A DNA stretch of 64,000 bases. Origin: Chitinophagales bacterium (GTDB lineage: Bacteria; Bacteroidota; Bacteroidia; Chitinophagales; JADJOU01). Where the stretch lies: the NCBI GenBank assembly GCA_040383345.1, contig JBEIDU010000004.1:2635-66634 (forward strand), given 5' to 3'. How positions within the stretch are numbered: position 1 is the first letter of the stretch; every line of letters starts with the position of its first letter. The notes under the pieces were generated by a model. It made no database searches. It had not been told where the DNA came from and worked only from the letters and a program-made list of their open reading frames with translations. The translations under genes were made by a program, and so were the position numbers. Shown one piece after another: positions 30,932 through 40,676 of the stretch.

Positions 30932-31030
30932 GTAGGGGCGAAATATTTTTCGCCATTTAATAGCATCAGGCTTTAGCCTGATTAGACAAAAATAAATCCG
31001 AAATAGATTTCTCGCACCGCTCGAAACGAC
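30932..31030. repeat. Cluster of REP-like miniature palindromes
   Basis: GTAG-G-GGCGAAA-tatt-TTTCGCC (30932-30954); ATCAGGC-ttta-GCCTGAT (30965-30982); AGATTTCTCG..CGCTCGAAACGAC (31005-31030). Confidence 0.6.
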
Positions 31031-31062
31031 AACGCATCATTATATGCAAAACGGAAAAAATT

Positions 31063-31090
31063 CTAATCACTAATCACAAATTACTAATTA
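31063..31090 (-). repeat. Heptamer array inverted relative to 30863-30890
   Basis: ctaatca ctaatca caaatta ctaatta. Confidence 0.65.
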
Positions 31091-31169
31091 CTCAAAAAAT
31101 ATCTCTTCCAAAACGTCAAAATCTGACACAATAATCCCCTATTTTTATTTTCAATAAAAAGATAGAAAT

Positions 31170-31760
31170 ATGGATTTGGAATACAAAATAAATAAGGCAG
31201 AAAAACTATTCAGTGAAAATGAATATGATAAATCAAATCAACTGTATAAGGAAGTCCTCCGCGAACGTCCCTATAATTTGCAAGCGCTTATCAATATTTC
31301 CGACAATCTCATACGCCAGAACAAAAGCCTAGAAGCAGAGCCTTATGCCTTGGATGCTTACCTGCTCTATAAAGATGTAGACGATATGGCTGTAGCCAAC
31401 TATTCCTGTGTCTTGTTTGACAAAAACGAACTCGACTTAGCTATAGCAGTATGTGAGGAAGCGTGCAGGCGTGGCAGCCAAAATAGCATGGTGATTCAAA
31501 ACCTAGGCTACTACTATATGCACAAAAGTATGTACTCAAAAGCTCTCGAATGCTACAACCGCTCCATAGCACTAAACAAAGATAACCCACTCGCCTACTG
31601 CAATAGAGGTATTCTCCGCTATTTTATCCTCAATGACCAACACGGTATCTCCGACCTCTTCAAAGCCCTCCGCCTCAAAGATAATGAAGCCACCCAAATC
31701 CTCAAAATTATAGCCACCCAACGTAAAGGAATTTTGAAAAAATATTCCAATATGGAATAG
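31170..31760 (+). CDS. Cytoplasmic TPR protein
   Basis: NLGYYY.....YSKALECYNRSIALN....LAYCNRG. Confidence 0.8.
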   Translation: MDLEYKINKAEKLFSENEYDKSNQLYKEVLRERPYNLQALINISDNLIRQNKSLEAEPYALDAYLLYKDVDDMAVANYSCVLFDKNELDLAIAVCEEACRRGSQNSMVIQNLGYYYMHKSMYSKALECYNRSIALNKDNPLAYCNRGILRYFILNDQHGISDLFKALRLKDNEATQILKIIATQRKGILKKYSNME

Positions 31761-31828
31761 TGATATTTTATTTATATTTAAATAATAACTGGATGCTTAT
31801 TAAGATTCTCTAATGTAATTTTTCCCTT

Positions 31829-32173
31829 TTATCTCCCTTTTCGTTCATATTGGCAGCATCCATGTAGGTTATTGTATATTTTATCGTCGGCTGTGAATTT
31901 GTCGTTGTCGTAGCCTACGTCGGCTATTTTTTTGAGTAAAATATCGGATTTCGTTTGTGTACTGTCGAAGAATAGCACTAAAAGTTGTGTCTCTTTATTC
32001 CATCTTCCATAAGTGATGTTTTTTTGGAATACCGCATTCTCAATGTTTTTTTTGCACATACCACAGTTTCCCCATACACGGAAGCTTTCTGTTTTTTTGT
32101 TTTTTATTTGTCCAAATCCTTTAAAAGAAAGAAAAAAGGCAAGAATGAGTATTGTGATTTTAGGAATATTCAT
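31829..32173 (-). CDS. Exported heavy-metal-associated (HMA, MerP/CopZ-like) protein
   Basis: Signal peptide, VWGNCGMCKKNIE, IADVGYD, LHGCCQYER. Confidence 0.88.
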   Translation of the reverse strand: MNIPKITILILAFFLSFKGFGQIKNKKTESFRVWGNCGMCKKNIENAVFQKNITYGRWNKETQLLVLFFDSTQTKSDILLKKIADVGYDNDKFTADDKIYNNLHGCCQYERKGR

Positions 32174-32342
32174 GTTGAATGTTTTTACAAAGATAATGAA
32201 GTTAATGTTAAATACAAAATATTGTCTTTTCGAGCTTTGCGAGAAATCTATAGCAAAAAATATATACGCGAGATCCCCGATAAATTTTCATTTAAAATTG
32301 CCATGGATAAAGAATTTTGTTACTGAAAATTTTTGAGGATGA

Positions 32343-32410
32343 CGGGGTTGGCTAATTACAAATTACTAATTACAAATCGCTACAACCTAACGTCTAAAAT
32401 CTAACATCTA
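32343..32410 (-). repeat. Heptamer array after the metallophosphoesterase stop; inverted copy of the 30842-30900 element
   Basis: Minus strand reads tag atgttag attttag acgttag gttgtag cgatttg taattag taatttg taattag c caaccccg. Confidence 0.75.
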
Positions 32411-32414
32411 TTTT

Positions 32415-33653
32415 CTACGATTCCCCTCTCTTAAACGTAATCTCTGTGATTTCGGGTCTGATGCCTACTCTTCCTGGGTAGCCTATAAAACCAAAACCTC
32501 TGTTTACATATAGAAATTGATTTTTTGCTTTATAAAGTCCTGCCCATTGTTTGTACACCCACTGAACAGGGCTGAAACGAAACCACTTGGTCTCTACCCC
32601 AAACTGCATCCCGTGGGTATGTCCGCTCAAGGTGAGGTCTATGTCGGTGTATTGCTCGCGTACTTCGGCATCCCAATGGCTAGGATCGTGCGAAAGTAAG
32701 ATTTTGAAAGGAATATTTTCGGTACCTTGGTGGGCTTTTTTAAGATTTCCATAGCGCGCAAAACGCATTTTGGCACCCCAATTTTCGATGCCTATCAAGG
32801 CTATTTTTTCGCCATTTTGTTCTATTATAGCGTGTTCGTTGAGCAATAATTTCCAATTGGTGGCGTCATGATACGATTTTAGTTGCTCAAAATTTGCTTT
32901 TTTAGCTTCTTTGGTTTCCCATTGAACATAGTCGCCGTAATCGTGATTTCCCGTAATGGAAAATTGCCCATGCGTAGCATTTATGTTTTTGAAAATATCG
33001 ATGTAGTCGGTATATTCCGAAGAGCGATTATTTACCAAATCTCCTGTGAATACAAAAAGATTTGGCTGGAGGCTATTGATGGTTTTGATAGCTTCTATAA
33101 GGGGTTCTTTTTTTGAGAAAGTTCCTGAATGGATATCGGATAATTGTACCAATTTGAAATTGTCAAAAGCGGCGGGAAGATTGGTGAAATATAAGGTGTG
33201 ACGATGAATTTTGTAGTCATACGCCGTCTTGAGCATTCCGTAGATAAATGAGAAAAATGGCAACGAGGCTATCATCAAAAATATAATATTGAGAAATTCG
33301 CTGCGATTGATTCCGCCTTTAGGAATTGTATTAGTGGCTTTGCCAAATCCAAAACGTAAGAGTCGAGTCAAATCTTCCAATCCTATGAAAAGAACCCATA
33401 GGATTTTAGATATGAAAACACCCATCAATACCCCAAATAAAAATTTGGTGAATCCATTGCCTTGTTCACGGAAATTAAATGCAAAGCTGGCTACAAAAAA
33501 TAGTAATGTGTATGCAATAGTTGCTATATATATGCTATTGGCAAGCACTTTATATTTGGATTGTGCAAAGAGGGATTTGACCGCACTAAATCCATATAAA
33601 TCTATAAGAATTGTAATGAATAAGAATACTATAGGAAAGAAAAGTTTAGTCAC
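32415..33653 (-). CDS. Membrane-anchored metallophosphoesterase (YkuE/YaeI-like)
   Basis: QLSDIH, FTGDLVN, GNHDY, LLSHDP, LSGHTHG; N-terminal TMs. Confidence 0.92.
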   Translation of the reverse strand: MTKLFFPIVFLFITILIDLYGFSAVKSLFAQSKYKVLANSIYIATIAYTLLFFVASFAFNFREQGNGFTKFLFGVLMGVFISKILWVLFIGLEDLTRLLRFGFGKATNTIPKGGINRSEFLNIIFLMIASLPFFSFIYGMLKTAYDYKIHRHTLYFTNLPAAFDNFKLVQLSDIHSGTFSKKEPLIEAIKTINSLQPNLFVFTGDLVNNRSSEYTDYIDIFKNINATHGQFSITGNHDYGDYVQWETKEAKKANFEQLKSYHDATNWKLLLNEHAIIEQNGEKIALIGIENWGAKMRFARYGNLKKAHQGTENIPFKILLSHDPSHWDAEVREQYTDIDLTLSGHTHGMQFGVETKWFRFSPVQWVYKQWAGLYKAKNQFLYVNRGFGFIGYPGRVGIRPEITEITFKRGES

Positions 33654-33819
33654 AATTTTTTATTTGTAATCCAAACAAAAATATACTGAAGAAAGTTCTA
33701 AGAAATGATACTAGTGAAAGGTAAGAGGTATTTTTCCTCCAAAAAAAGTTTGATGAAGATTCCGCATATTTTTTTCATATTTATGTTAATGGTAAAAAAT
33801 TACGGAATGATGTGGTGGG

Positions 33820-33847
33820 CAAATTACTAATCACTAAGACCTAAATC
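33820..33847 (-). repeat. Heptamer array after the C25 gene stop
   Basis: caaatta ctaatca ctaagac ctaaatc on plus, directly before the CTA stop. Confidence 0.6.
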
Positions 33848-33849
33848 TT

Positions 33850-36800
33850 CTATCTCAATATCACCATTTTGCCATAATTATGCTCAAAATATTTGCTGAT
33901 ATCAGTATTTGAATTGTTAATGTCTTTGAAATCAGAGCTATTAATCATATCTACCGCTTTATCATTATCCATTACTACTACTTTGTAGAGATAAACACCA
34001 TTAGCCAATTTATCGCCATATTGATCGGTACCATTCCATGCAAAAGTAGTTCGATTGAGCCCTATTCTAAGTGGACCCAACTCTTCTTTTTGAATTTCTC
34101 TTACTACTTGACCTCTGATATTTAGAATTTGTATTTTAATTCTCTCTGGAATTTTTTCACCCGTAAGAGTAAAAATAAATTGTGTAGAGGTACTGAAAGG
34201 ATTAGGGTAATTGAGCACTTGGCTTACTTGCATTTTTGTAATAACCCTAAATCCAATTTTGTAGTCGTAGCGTGCATTATTCCCGCTACTGTTGCCACTT
34301 TTGTCAGTATCTTTTACAATCAATTCATATTTGCCATCGGTAAGTGTAGGGGTGAATTGAATAGTAGCTACATTGTTTTTGTTGTTTGTAGCAGCTATAA
34401 ATTGAATATTGTTTTGTGCAAAGTAAATAGGATTGGTATTACCTTGAGGATCTTTCAAATAAAGTTGAATTAATGAAGTGTCGTTAAGAAGCAGAAATTG
34501 ATTTTCATCTTTTAATTGAATTTGAATTTGAGGCTTGGAAGAAACTAGCTCATTATTGAGAATGTGAATGCCATCGAATGTGACATCTAAAAGAGGGTTC
34601 ACTTCATCTGGCTTGGTATAAAAAGAGGTTTGAAGGTAATTGTTGAATTCATGTTTTTCGGTTAAATAACCGGTACCTTTTGGATTAATTTCTATCTGTA
34701 CTTGATTGTTTTTTATAAAATAATTGGGATATGGAAGCACAAAGTTGATTTTACCATTTTGGAGTGAATTGATAGGTGCTACTTTTTGAGTAAACGTTTG
34801 GTTTTGTGAGCCACTCGTCAAAATCATTTTTACCCAAAAACTATCTATATTGGCAGGAGACACATTCGTGACGCCAAAACCTAGGTTTGAAGTTTCACCT
34901 GAATAAATACTGTCTTTAAGTTCATAATAATAATCTTTATTGATCAATAATTCGGGGACATCTTCTTCATATAAAACACGCCAGAAATTGAGTTGTGAGG
35001 GATTTCTATTGGTATTGTCTTTGGAGTAATATCTTAGTTTCAGTTTTGGATATTGTACTGCTGATATTCCCGCAAGAGAAGTATCTACAATGTCAGAATT
35101 GAAAGAATAAAGTAGATTTTCTCTATTAGCGTTGTCTATGCCATAGATATAAACCCAGTTTGTATCTTTGCTTGGGGATTCTATTGCTTGAAGATTATGA
35201 TGATATGATCCCCATTTTTTTACCGGGCCGATCACAGTAGAGTTCATGCCACCTTCATTCCAATTTCCAATAATATTTATATTTCCATATGTTTTAGATA
35301 CAAAATCCGATCCATTTACCTGATAAGGAATATAGCTTGGGTCATTTTTTTTATATCCAAAAATTAAAGGGGCCTTGATTGTTCCATTTGTGAAATTGGA
35401 AATATTTTGAAGTCCTGCATTTGTAAAAAAGGAGGTCAATGTATTATCCCATTTTGTATAATCAGGTTTTTTGAGTGAATAGAAAATTAGATAGTCGCCA
35501 TTTGGTACTTGATTGATAAAATTCATCAAGACGGAACTCCACTTTGTATTGGGGACAGGGTGCGTAAAAGGCGTAATTCCTGTGTCTGGAAATACAAAAC
35601 CTTCTCTTGGAATACCATCGTATCCAAATTGAATAGATCCATAGCTGCCATAGCGAGCACCATTTATAATGGTATCTATGCTTTGTTTGGGAATTCCCGT
35701 TTTTCCATCCAGCCAAATTACATTGAGCCCAGAGCCTATTCTACTTGCCTCTCTTAGTACTTGCATCCTTGCCGAATTGAGATACCATTCTACCTCATAG
35801 GTATTTGATGATCCATCTAATCTAATAGAAATGTTTTTCAAATCATCTAAAAATTGAAAGGTTCTATTGGATTTGAGTTGTAAATTGTTATAATTATCTT
35901 TTTGAAATTGAAAATAATGAGATTGATTCCATCCTCCTTTGTTTTTACCCTTTAGATAAATAAAGGAACTTGTGTGCCATACCATAGGTTTTTTTGTGTA
36001 CGAACTATCAATTCCTGTTCTCCAGTAATAAACTGTACTGTCTTTTAGGGCTGTATTTGGAAACCAATTAAAGACACTTCCATCAGTTATAGATTCATTT
36101 GTTCGCAATATTGGAGAATTAAAAAGTTCAGAGGTGTCTATTTGAATTATGTACTTTTTTGGTATTTTGCTTTGATTGGAAATAGAACTATATAGTGTAA
36201 TACTATCATTTCCAATTATTGAAAATTCATAGGGAAATATAGGGAAGATATCTTCTGATTCTATCAATACTTCCAATCCATTTTTGACTTCATTGTTAGA
36301 TTCGCTGATCTCCATGATTTGATCTTCGGCATCAATTTTTATTGTAAATGTATTGAGACCTAAGCCTATATTTTGATCTTTTACGGGAATTTTAACTTCA
36401 AATGTATCTTTGAAATAAGACGCAGGTACTATTTTTTCATATAGTATTTTAGTTCCATTATTTAAGCGTTCTAGCTTAAGTTTTATATCGCGTTTAATAG
36501 CTTTTCCCAAATTTTGAACAATTACAAATACGGAGAAACTATCAATCGAAGCGGATACTAGTTTTGGATTTATATAAAATGAATTTTTATCGATATAATA
36601 GTCTGGAGAATTATATTGATTCATCAAAACACTTGGATCACCATTAATGTTATATTCTAAAGCTGTAGTATAAAGATAATTGAGATTTAAATTTACTTCA
36701 TTGACAAGGCTAATAGTGGATTGTCTAGTCAATTCTCCTAAGGATCTATTATAATATTTATCATTTAAATGTTTGTAAAACCATTTTGAATAATTATAAA

Positions 36801-38883
36801 GTGATGCATCAAGTGCAAAATTTGTAGAGGCAATAAAAGCAATGGCTCCTTTTTGTTTACCATTGATAAATTGTTCGCTATAGGAAGGAGATGAAGAAAA
36901 CACATTCCCAGAATTACAACCATTTGCTAAAAAAGCAGGATATTTTCCTTTGTTTTTGAAATTACTTGGGTCCGTAATTCCTACATCAAAAACTGTAGCC
37001 GAGCTGTGTCCAAAAAAAGTAATCAAACTTACGCCTTTATTAATTCTATTTTCTAGGTCAATTACAGTTTCATCTGGGGCAATATCAGTAACATTTTTAA
37101 ATAATGAAAATACTCTAGCACCAGTAAGCGTGTCTATAATCTGTTTTTCGAATTCTTTTAGATTGGCTTTGAAATTTTGTTGCTGTTCGGTTCCCGTTCC
37201 TCCACCCAAATGGATAACCCATTTCATATATTCTTTATTCACTGGATTTTGAGTTATTGGCACTGTTTTATTATATTCTATATTGTATTCTTTTAGTTTA
37301 TCTAAATAATTTCTTACATCATAAGGAGAAAAAACGGAAAGTCTTCCTATATTAACAAAAGGTATTACCGATGAATCCATTGTGCCTAGAAGAATGTCAG
37401 AGGGGAAATGCCCAAAAGATGAAACATGAAGTGAATTATATATAGTGCTATTGTATCCTCTAAGCCCATGAGGAGCAAATGATTTTCCAATCAATAATAC
37501 ATTTTCTATGCTAGTATCTTGCCAAGAATGGGCAAATTGAAGAAATTTTCGAATAGATAATGGATGCTTTGGATGGCCATAAGCAAACATGTTGTCTAGC
37601 TCGTCTTGGTATACAATACTTACAATAAAATTTCCCCCAGCATTACTTTCTTTATATGTTTTATATTCATCTATTACATTGAGATTATTGCTATCTTTTG
37701 TTAATATTTTATTAGTAATAAGGATGAAATTGCCCTTTTTGATATCTGGAAATGTAATTTTTCGAAGAGAAGTAATAGGCTCAATTTGACTTTCATTTGT
37801 GATAAAAAGGCTATTTTCTGCATTCCCAGAGTCTATAGTGCCCGTAAAATTGCCAGAACTAGGAATCACAAAGCGTTTTTTAGTTGTGAAATTTGTTAAA
37901 ATTATGGATGTATTATTCGATATAAAATTATTGACATAGAATTTTTGTATTTGAGAGTTGGGTTCGCAGTAAAAAAGTAAACTTTGAAGTCCTTGAAAAT
38001 TAAAAGTTCTAGGGTAGTTTAGTTCTATAAATCCTAGGGCATATCCATGATTGTTTGAAATTTTAGGATTGATTTTAAGGGCGTTGGTATTGAGGAGATT
38101 TGGGGTGCTTACAGTAGCTTCATAGGTTATAGCTTTGCTTCCAAAAAAGGAAGTATCTCTTAGTTTACTTGTATTCCATATTATTTCTAATTGATGACTA
38201 TTTGCATTTTTCGCAAATAGTCTAAATTTTAATTTAGAATTATATGGTGCGTCCATTTTGGCTTCTGTAGCCAAAATATTATTTGAAGCTATCGCATTAT
38301 TCCCCCAACCCTCGCCTTCATCATATTCAGGAGATACTACATAGTCCAGAGTACCATAATAAAATCTTCGACCATCTTGAAAAGAATTCCTAAATCCAAC
38401 AAGTTCTTTCCGGATACAATATGAAGAAATTGTATTTACATTTGAAGTATCGATTGGAAGAGATTGTATTCGCTCATTATTACTTCGCAAGGTCAAAAAA
38501 TAGAAATTGCTATCTAAGAAGTAACTTTGGATAGGATTTAGATTGAAATCAGGATTTTTATATAACTTGTTGTCTATAGTTCCGTCTTTTATCTGACCAT
38601 AAAATTCAATATAATCATTATTTGTAGGGATAGTGTTCCAGCTAATATATATAGGAATTTTAGTTCCATTATTAAAGATGCAGATTTCGTTACTGTTTGC
38701 ATTAGCTATATCGGGTGCAATATTCTGCAAAGTAGTATAAGAAATACGATAAAGTTTGGATTGTGTTAATCCTATCTTGTAATGAGGTTTTGTAGGATCT
38801 ATCCACTCATTTCCATATGGTGCTTGACATTGTATGTCTTTTAAACTAAAAAATAAAAAGAAAAAAAGTAATAATTGTTTCAT
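33850..38883 (-). CDS. Peptidase C25 (gingipain/PorU-like, PorU2-type) with T9SS C-terminal domain
   Basis: YGNEWI N-terminus, LLIGK, IGRL, FFGHSS (His) and ANGCNSG (Cys) dyad, NYPNPFSTST...WNGTDQYGDKLANGVYLYKV CTD. Confidence 0.85.
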   Translation of the reverse strand: MKQLLLFFFLFFSLKDIQCQAPYGNEWIDPTKPHYKIGLTQSKLYRISYTTLQNIAPDIANANSNEICIFNNGTKIPIYISWNTIPTNNDYIEFYGQIKDGTIDNKLYKNPDFNLNPIQSYFLDSNFYFLTLRSNNERIQSLPIDTSNVNTISSYCIRKELVGFRNSFQDGRRFYYGTLDYVVSPEYDEGEGWGNNAIASNNILATEAKMDAPYNSKLKFRLFAKNANSHQLEIIWNTSKLRDTSFFGSKAITYEATVSTPNLLNTNALKINPKISNNHGYALGFIELNYPRTFNFQGLQSLLFYCEPNSQIQKFYVNNFISNNTSIILTNFTTKKRFVIPSSGNFTGTIDSGNAENSLFITNESQIEPITSLRKITFPDIKKGNFILITNKILTKDSNNLNVIDEYKTYKESNAGGNFIVSIVYQDELDNMFAYGHPKHPLSIRKFLQFAHSWQDTSIENVLLIGKSFAPHGLRGYNSTIYNSLHVSSFGHFPSDILLGTMDSSVIPFVNIGRLSVFSPYDVRNYLDKLKEYNIEYNKTVPITQNPVNKEYMKWVIHLGGGTGTEQQQNFKANLKEFEKQIIDTLTGARVFSLFKNVTDIAPDETVIDLENRINKGVSLITFFGHSSATVFDVGITDPSNFKNKGKYPAFLANGCNSGNVFSSSPSYSEQFINGKQKGAIAFIASTNFALDASLYNYSKWFYKHLNDKYYNRSLGELTRQSTISLVNEVNLNLNYLYTTALEYNINGDPSVLMNQYNSPDYYIDKNSFYINPKLVSASIDSFSVFVIVQNLGKAIKRDIKLKLERLNNGTKILYEKIVPASYFKDTFEVKIPVKDQNIGLGLNTFTIKIDAEDQIMEISESNNEVKNGLEVLIESEDIFPIFPYEFSIIGNDSITLYSSISNQSKIPKKYIIQIDTSELFNSPILRTNESITDGSVFNWFPNTALKDSTVYYWRTGIDSSYTKKPMVWHTSSFIYLKGKNKGGWNQSHYFQFQKDNYNNLQLKSNRTFQFLDDLKNISIRLDGSSNTYEVEWYLNSARMQVLREASRIGSGLNVIWLDGKTGIPKQSIDTIINGARYGSYGSIQFGYDGIPREGFVFPDTGITPFTHPVPNTKWSSVLMNFINQVPNGDYLIFYSLKKPDYTKWDNTLTSFFTNAGLQNISNFTNGTIKAPLIFGYKKNDPSYIPYQVNGSDFVSKTYGNINIIGNWNEGGMNSTVIGPVKKWGSYHHNLQAIESPSKDTNWVYIYGIDNANRENLLYSFNSDIVDTSLAGISAVQYPKLKLRYYSKDNTNRNPSQLNFWRVLYEEDVPELLINKDYYYELKDSIYSGETSNLGFGVTNVSPANIDSFWVKMILTSGSQNQTFTQKVAPINSLQNGKINFVLPYPNYFIKNNQVQIEINPKGTGYLTEKHEFNNYLQTSFYTKPDEVNPLLDVTFDGIHILNNELVSSKPQIQIQLKDENQFLLLNDTSLIQLYLKDPQGNTNPIYFAQNNIQFIAATNNKNNVATIQFTPTLTDGKYELIVKDTDKSGNSSGNNARYDYKIGFRVITKMQVSQVLNYPNPFSTSTQFIFTLTGEKIPERIKIQILNIRGQVVREIQKEELGPLRIGLNRTTFAWNGTDQYGDKLANGVYLYKVVVMDNDKAVDMINSSDFKDINNSNTDISKYFEHNYGKMVILR

Positions 38884-38910
38884 CTCATTATTGATTAGGG
38901 GGGTAGTAAA

Positions 38911-39990
38911 TTATTTCTTAAATGTATAACTTGCTGATACTACATGCGAATAAAGCCCCACACCTGCATTAGCCACATTGTTGTAGCTATAATTGATTTG
39001 TAAATTCTGAATATTTAGTCCCACACCCAATGAAGGCATAAAACTGATATAAGATTCTCCTAAATCATTTGTTGCTTTTGTAAAATTATAAATACCTGTT
39101 CTCAAAAAAGCAGTTTTCCAAAAACCAATTTCAGCTCCAAAAGCCATATCTATACTAGCGGCTTTGGTAGAAATAAGAACATTCCTTTGGTCTGTATAAG
39201 CAGTGAATTTTATATTGGGTTCTATGCTAATATTACCTTGATTGAGAAGGAATTTATAAGCACCTCCAAAATGAATACTTGGGGCTGTCAGTTCAATTGA
39301 CGTAGAGGGAATATCATTGTTTGTGCTTGCAAATACTTGTTTTTCTTTTTCTGTAAAATTAAAACGCCATGCATTAAAAGAAGTAGTTATATCTTGAAGA
39401 AATAATCCAATTCTGTAATTTTCTTTGGTTATTTGAGCTGATGCATCCAATCCAAATCCCCAAGCAGTAGCAAAGCTTCCATAGCTTCTATGAATAATTT
39501 TGGCGTTTCCTCCTATTTGAAGTCCATTTATTTGGTTCATTTTTTTTGCATAGGTGAAAAATAATGCATAATCCGCAACAGAAAAGGATTTTATATTATC
39601 ATAATTTATGGTATTATCAGGGTTATATAATTCTATAGTATTTGGAATATTATCTATCCCAAATCGAATTAAACTTAGCCCAACTGTCTGCTCATTTTTT
39701 AATGGCATGACCACTCCAGCATAGTCAAAATTGGCAATTCCTGCGAAATAGGATGTATGCATTACTGCCGCAGTTGTATGTTCTGTATTGGCTATAGCAG
39801 CAGGATTGTAGAATACTGCGCTAGCATCATTTTCGCCAGTGGCCAATGCGCCACCCATTCCCAGATATTTTCCCCCAACACCTATTTTTAAAAACTCATT
39901 GCTATATTTTCTGAAATTGGATTGTGCTTCGGCCTGAAAAGTAGCTGAAAACAATATAAAAATTATTAAATATAAAAAATTGTTATTCAT
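38911..39990 (-). CDS. PorV/PorQ-family outer-membrane beta-barrel (PorV2-type)
   Basis: KYSNEFLKIGVGGK.LGMG, FYNPAA, GFGLD, C-terminal SHVVS motifs. Confidence 0.82.
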   Translation of the reverse strand: MNNNFLYLIIFILFSATFQAEAQSNFRKYSNEFLKIGVGGKYLGMGGALATGENDASAVFYNPAAIANTEHTTAAVMHTSYFAGIANFDYAGVVMPLKNEQTVGLSLIRFGIDNIPNTIELYNPDNTINYDNIKSFSVADYALFFTYAKKMNQINGLQIGGNAKIIHRSYGSFATAWGFGLDASAQITKENYRIGLFLQDITTSFNAWRFNFTEKEKQVFASTNNDIPSTSIELTAPSIHFGGAYKFLLNQGNISIEPNIKFTAYTDQRNVLISTKAASIDMAFGAEIGFWKTAFLRTGIYNFTKATNDLGESYISFMPSLGVGLNIQNLQINYSYNNVANAGVGLYSHVVSASYTFKK

Positions 39991-40651
39991 GATACATTTG
40001 TTTGTTCACATCATTAAAACTATATATCTCCTTGCTGGATTGAATGAATTTTAAAAATTCTTGGTGATATATAGCATCATGTTGCCATTGTCCAATATGC
40101 CCAGTTACAGAATGAAGTGCCTTAATAAGATTGGATTCCTCAGTATAAAAGTTCATATATTTTTTATCGATGAAAGCGTCAAAAGTTCTCAAAAATAATA
40201 CATTTGTTTTAGATGAAGGAATACTTTTTTCTATAAAATCAAAAAATATTTTTTGTTGGAATAGATTTAAATCTTTGTAGAAATTGTAAAGTATATTTGG
40301 ATTTTGGATAATACACATATGATCTAATAAAATTTCAAAGAGTATATGGGCTACAAAGTTCTTTCGTTTTATATGGTTCAGCGTTTTGTTATCTTCAAAA
40401 TAGTTGATGGTATTGAGTATAAAGTCTTTAAAAATAGGGAGTTGATGAAAAATTTTATCATCGCTATAATGATTTAATATGCCGTAGTGCAAATCGCAGT
40501 GTTTATCAAGTATATGGGAATTGGGATTTATATGCGATATATATTTGTTGAAATAAAATGAAAATTTTTGATATAAATCGGGTAATAACGTACCAAATTT
40601 ATAATACAATGCTTTGTCTTGTACTCTAAAGTAGTGGGATATAAAATTCAA
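39983..40651 (-). CDS. ACP phosphodiesterase (AcpH)-like metal hydrolase
   Basis: MNFISH, GTLLPD, GILNH...D..FH, AHILFEILLD. Confidence 0.6.
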   Translation of the reverse strand: MNFISHYFRVQDKALYYKFGTLLPDLYQKFSFYFNKYISHINPNSHILDKHCDLHYGILNHYSDDKIFHQLPIFKDFILNTINYFEDNKTLNHIKRKNFVAHILFEILLDHMCIIQNPNILYNFYKDLNLFQQKIFFDFIEKSIPSSKTNVLFLRTFDAFIDKKYMNFYTEESNLIKALHSVTGHIGQWQHDAIYHQEFLKFIQSSKEIYSFNDVNKQMYHE

Positions 40652-40676
40652 TTTTTATAGAATTAGAAGTGATTTA

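Noticed and set aside
30842-33847. Possible CRISPR array
   Set aside because: Units are 7-bp degenerate tandem repeats without unique spacers, and no cas genes are present.
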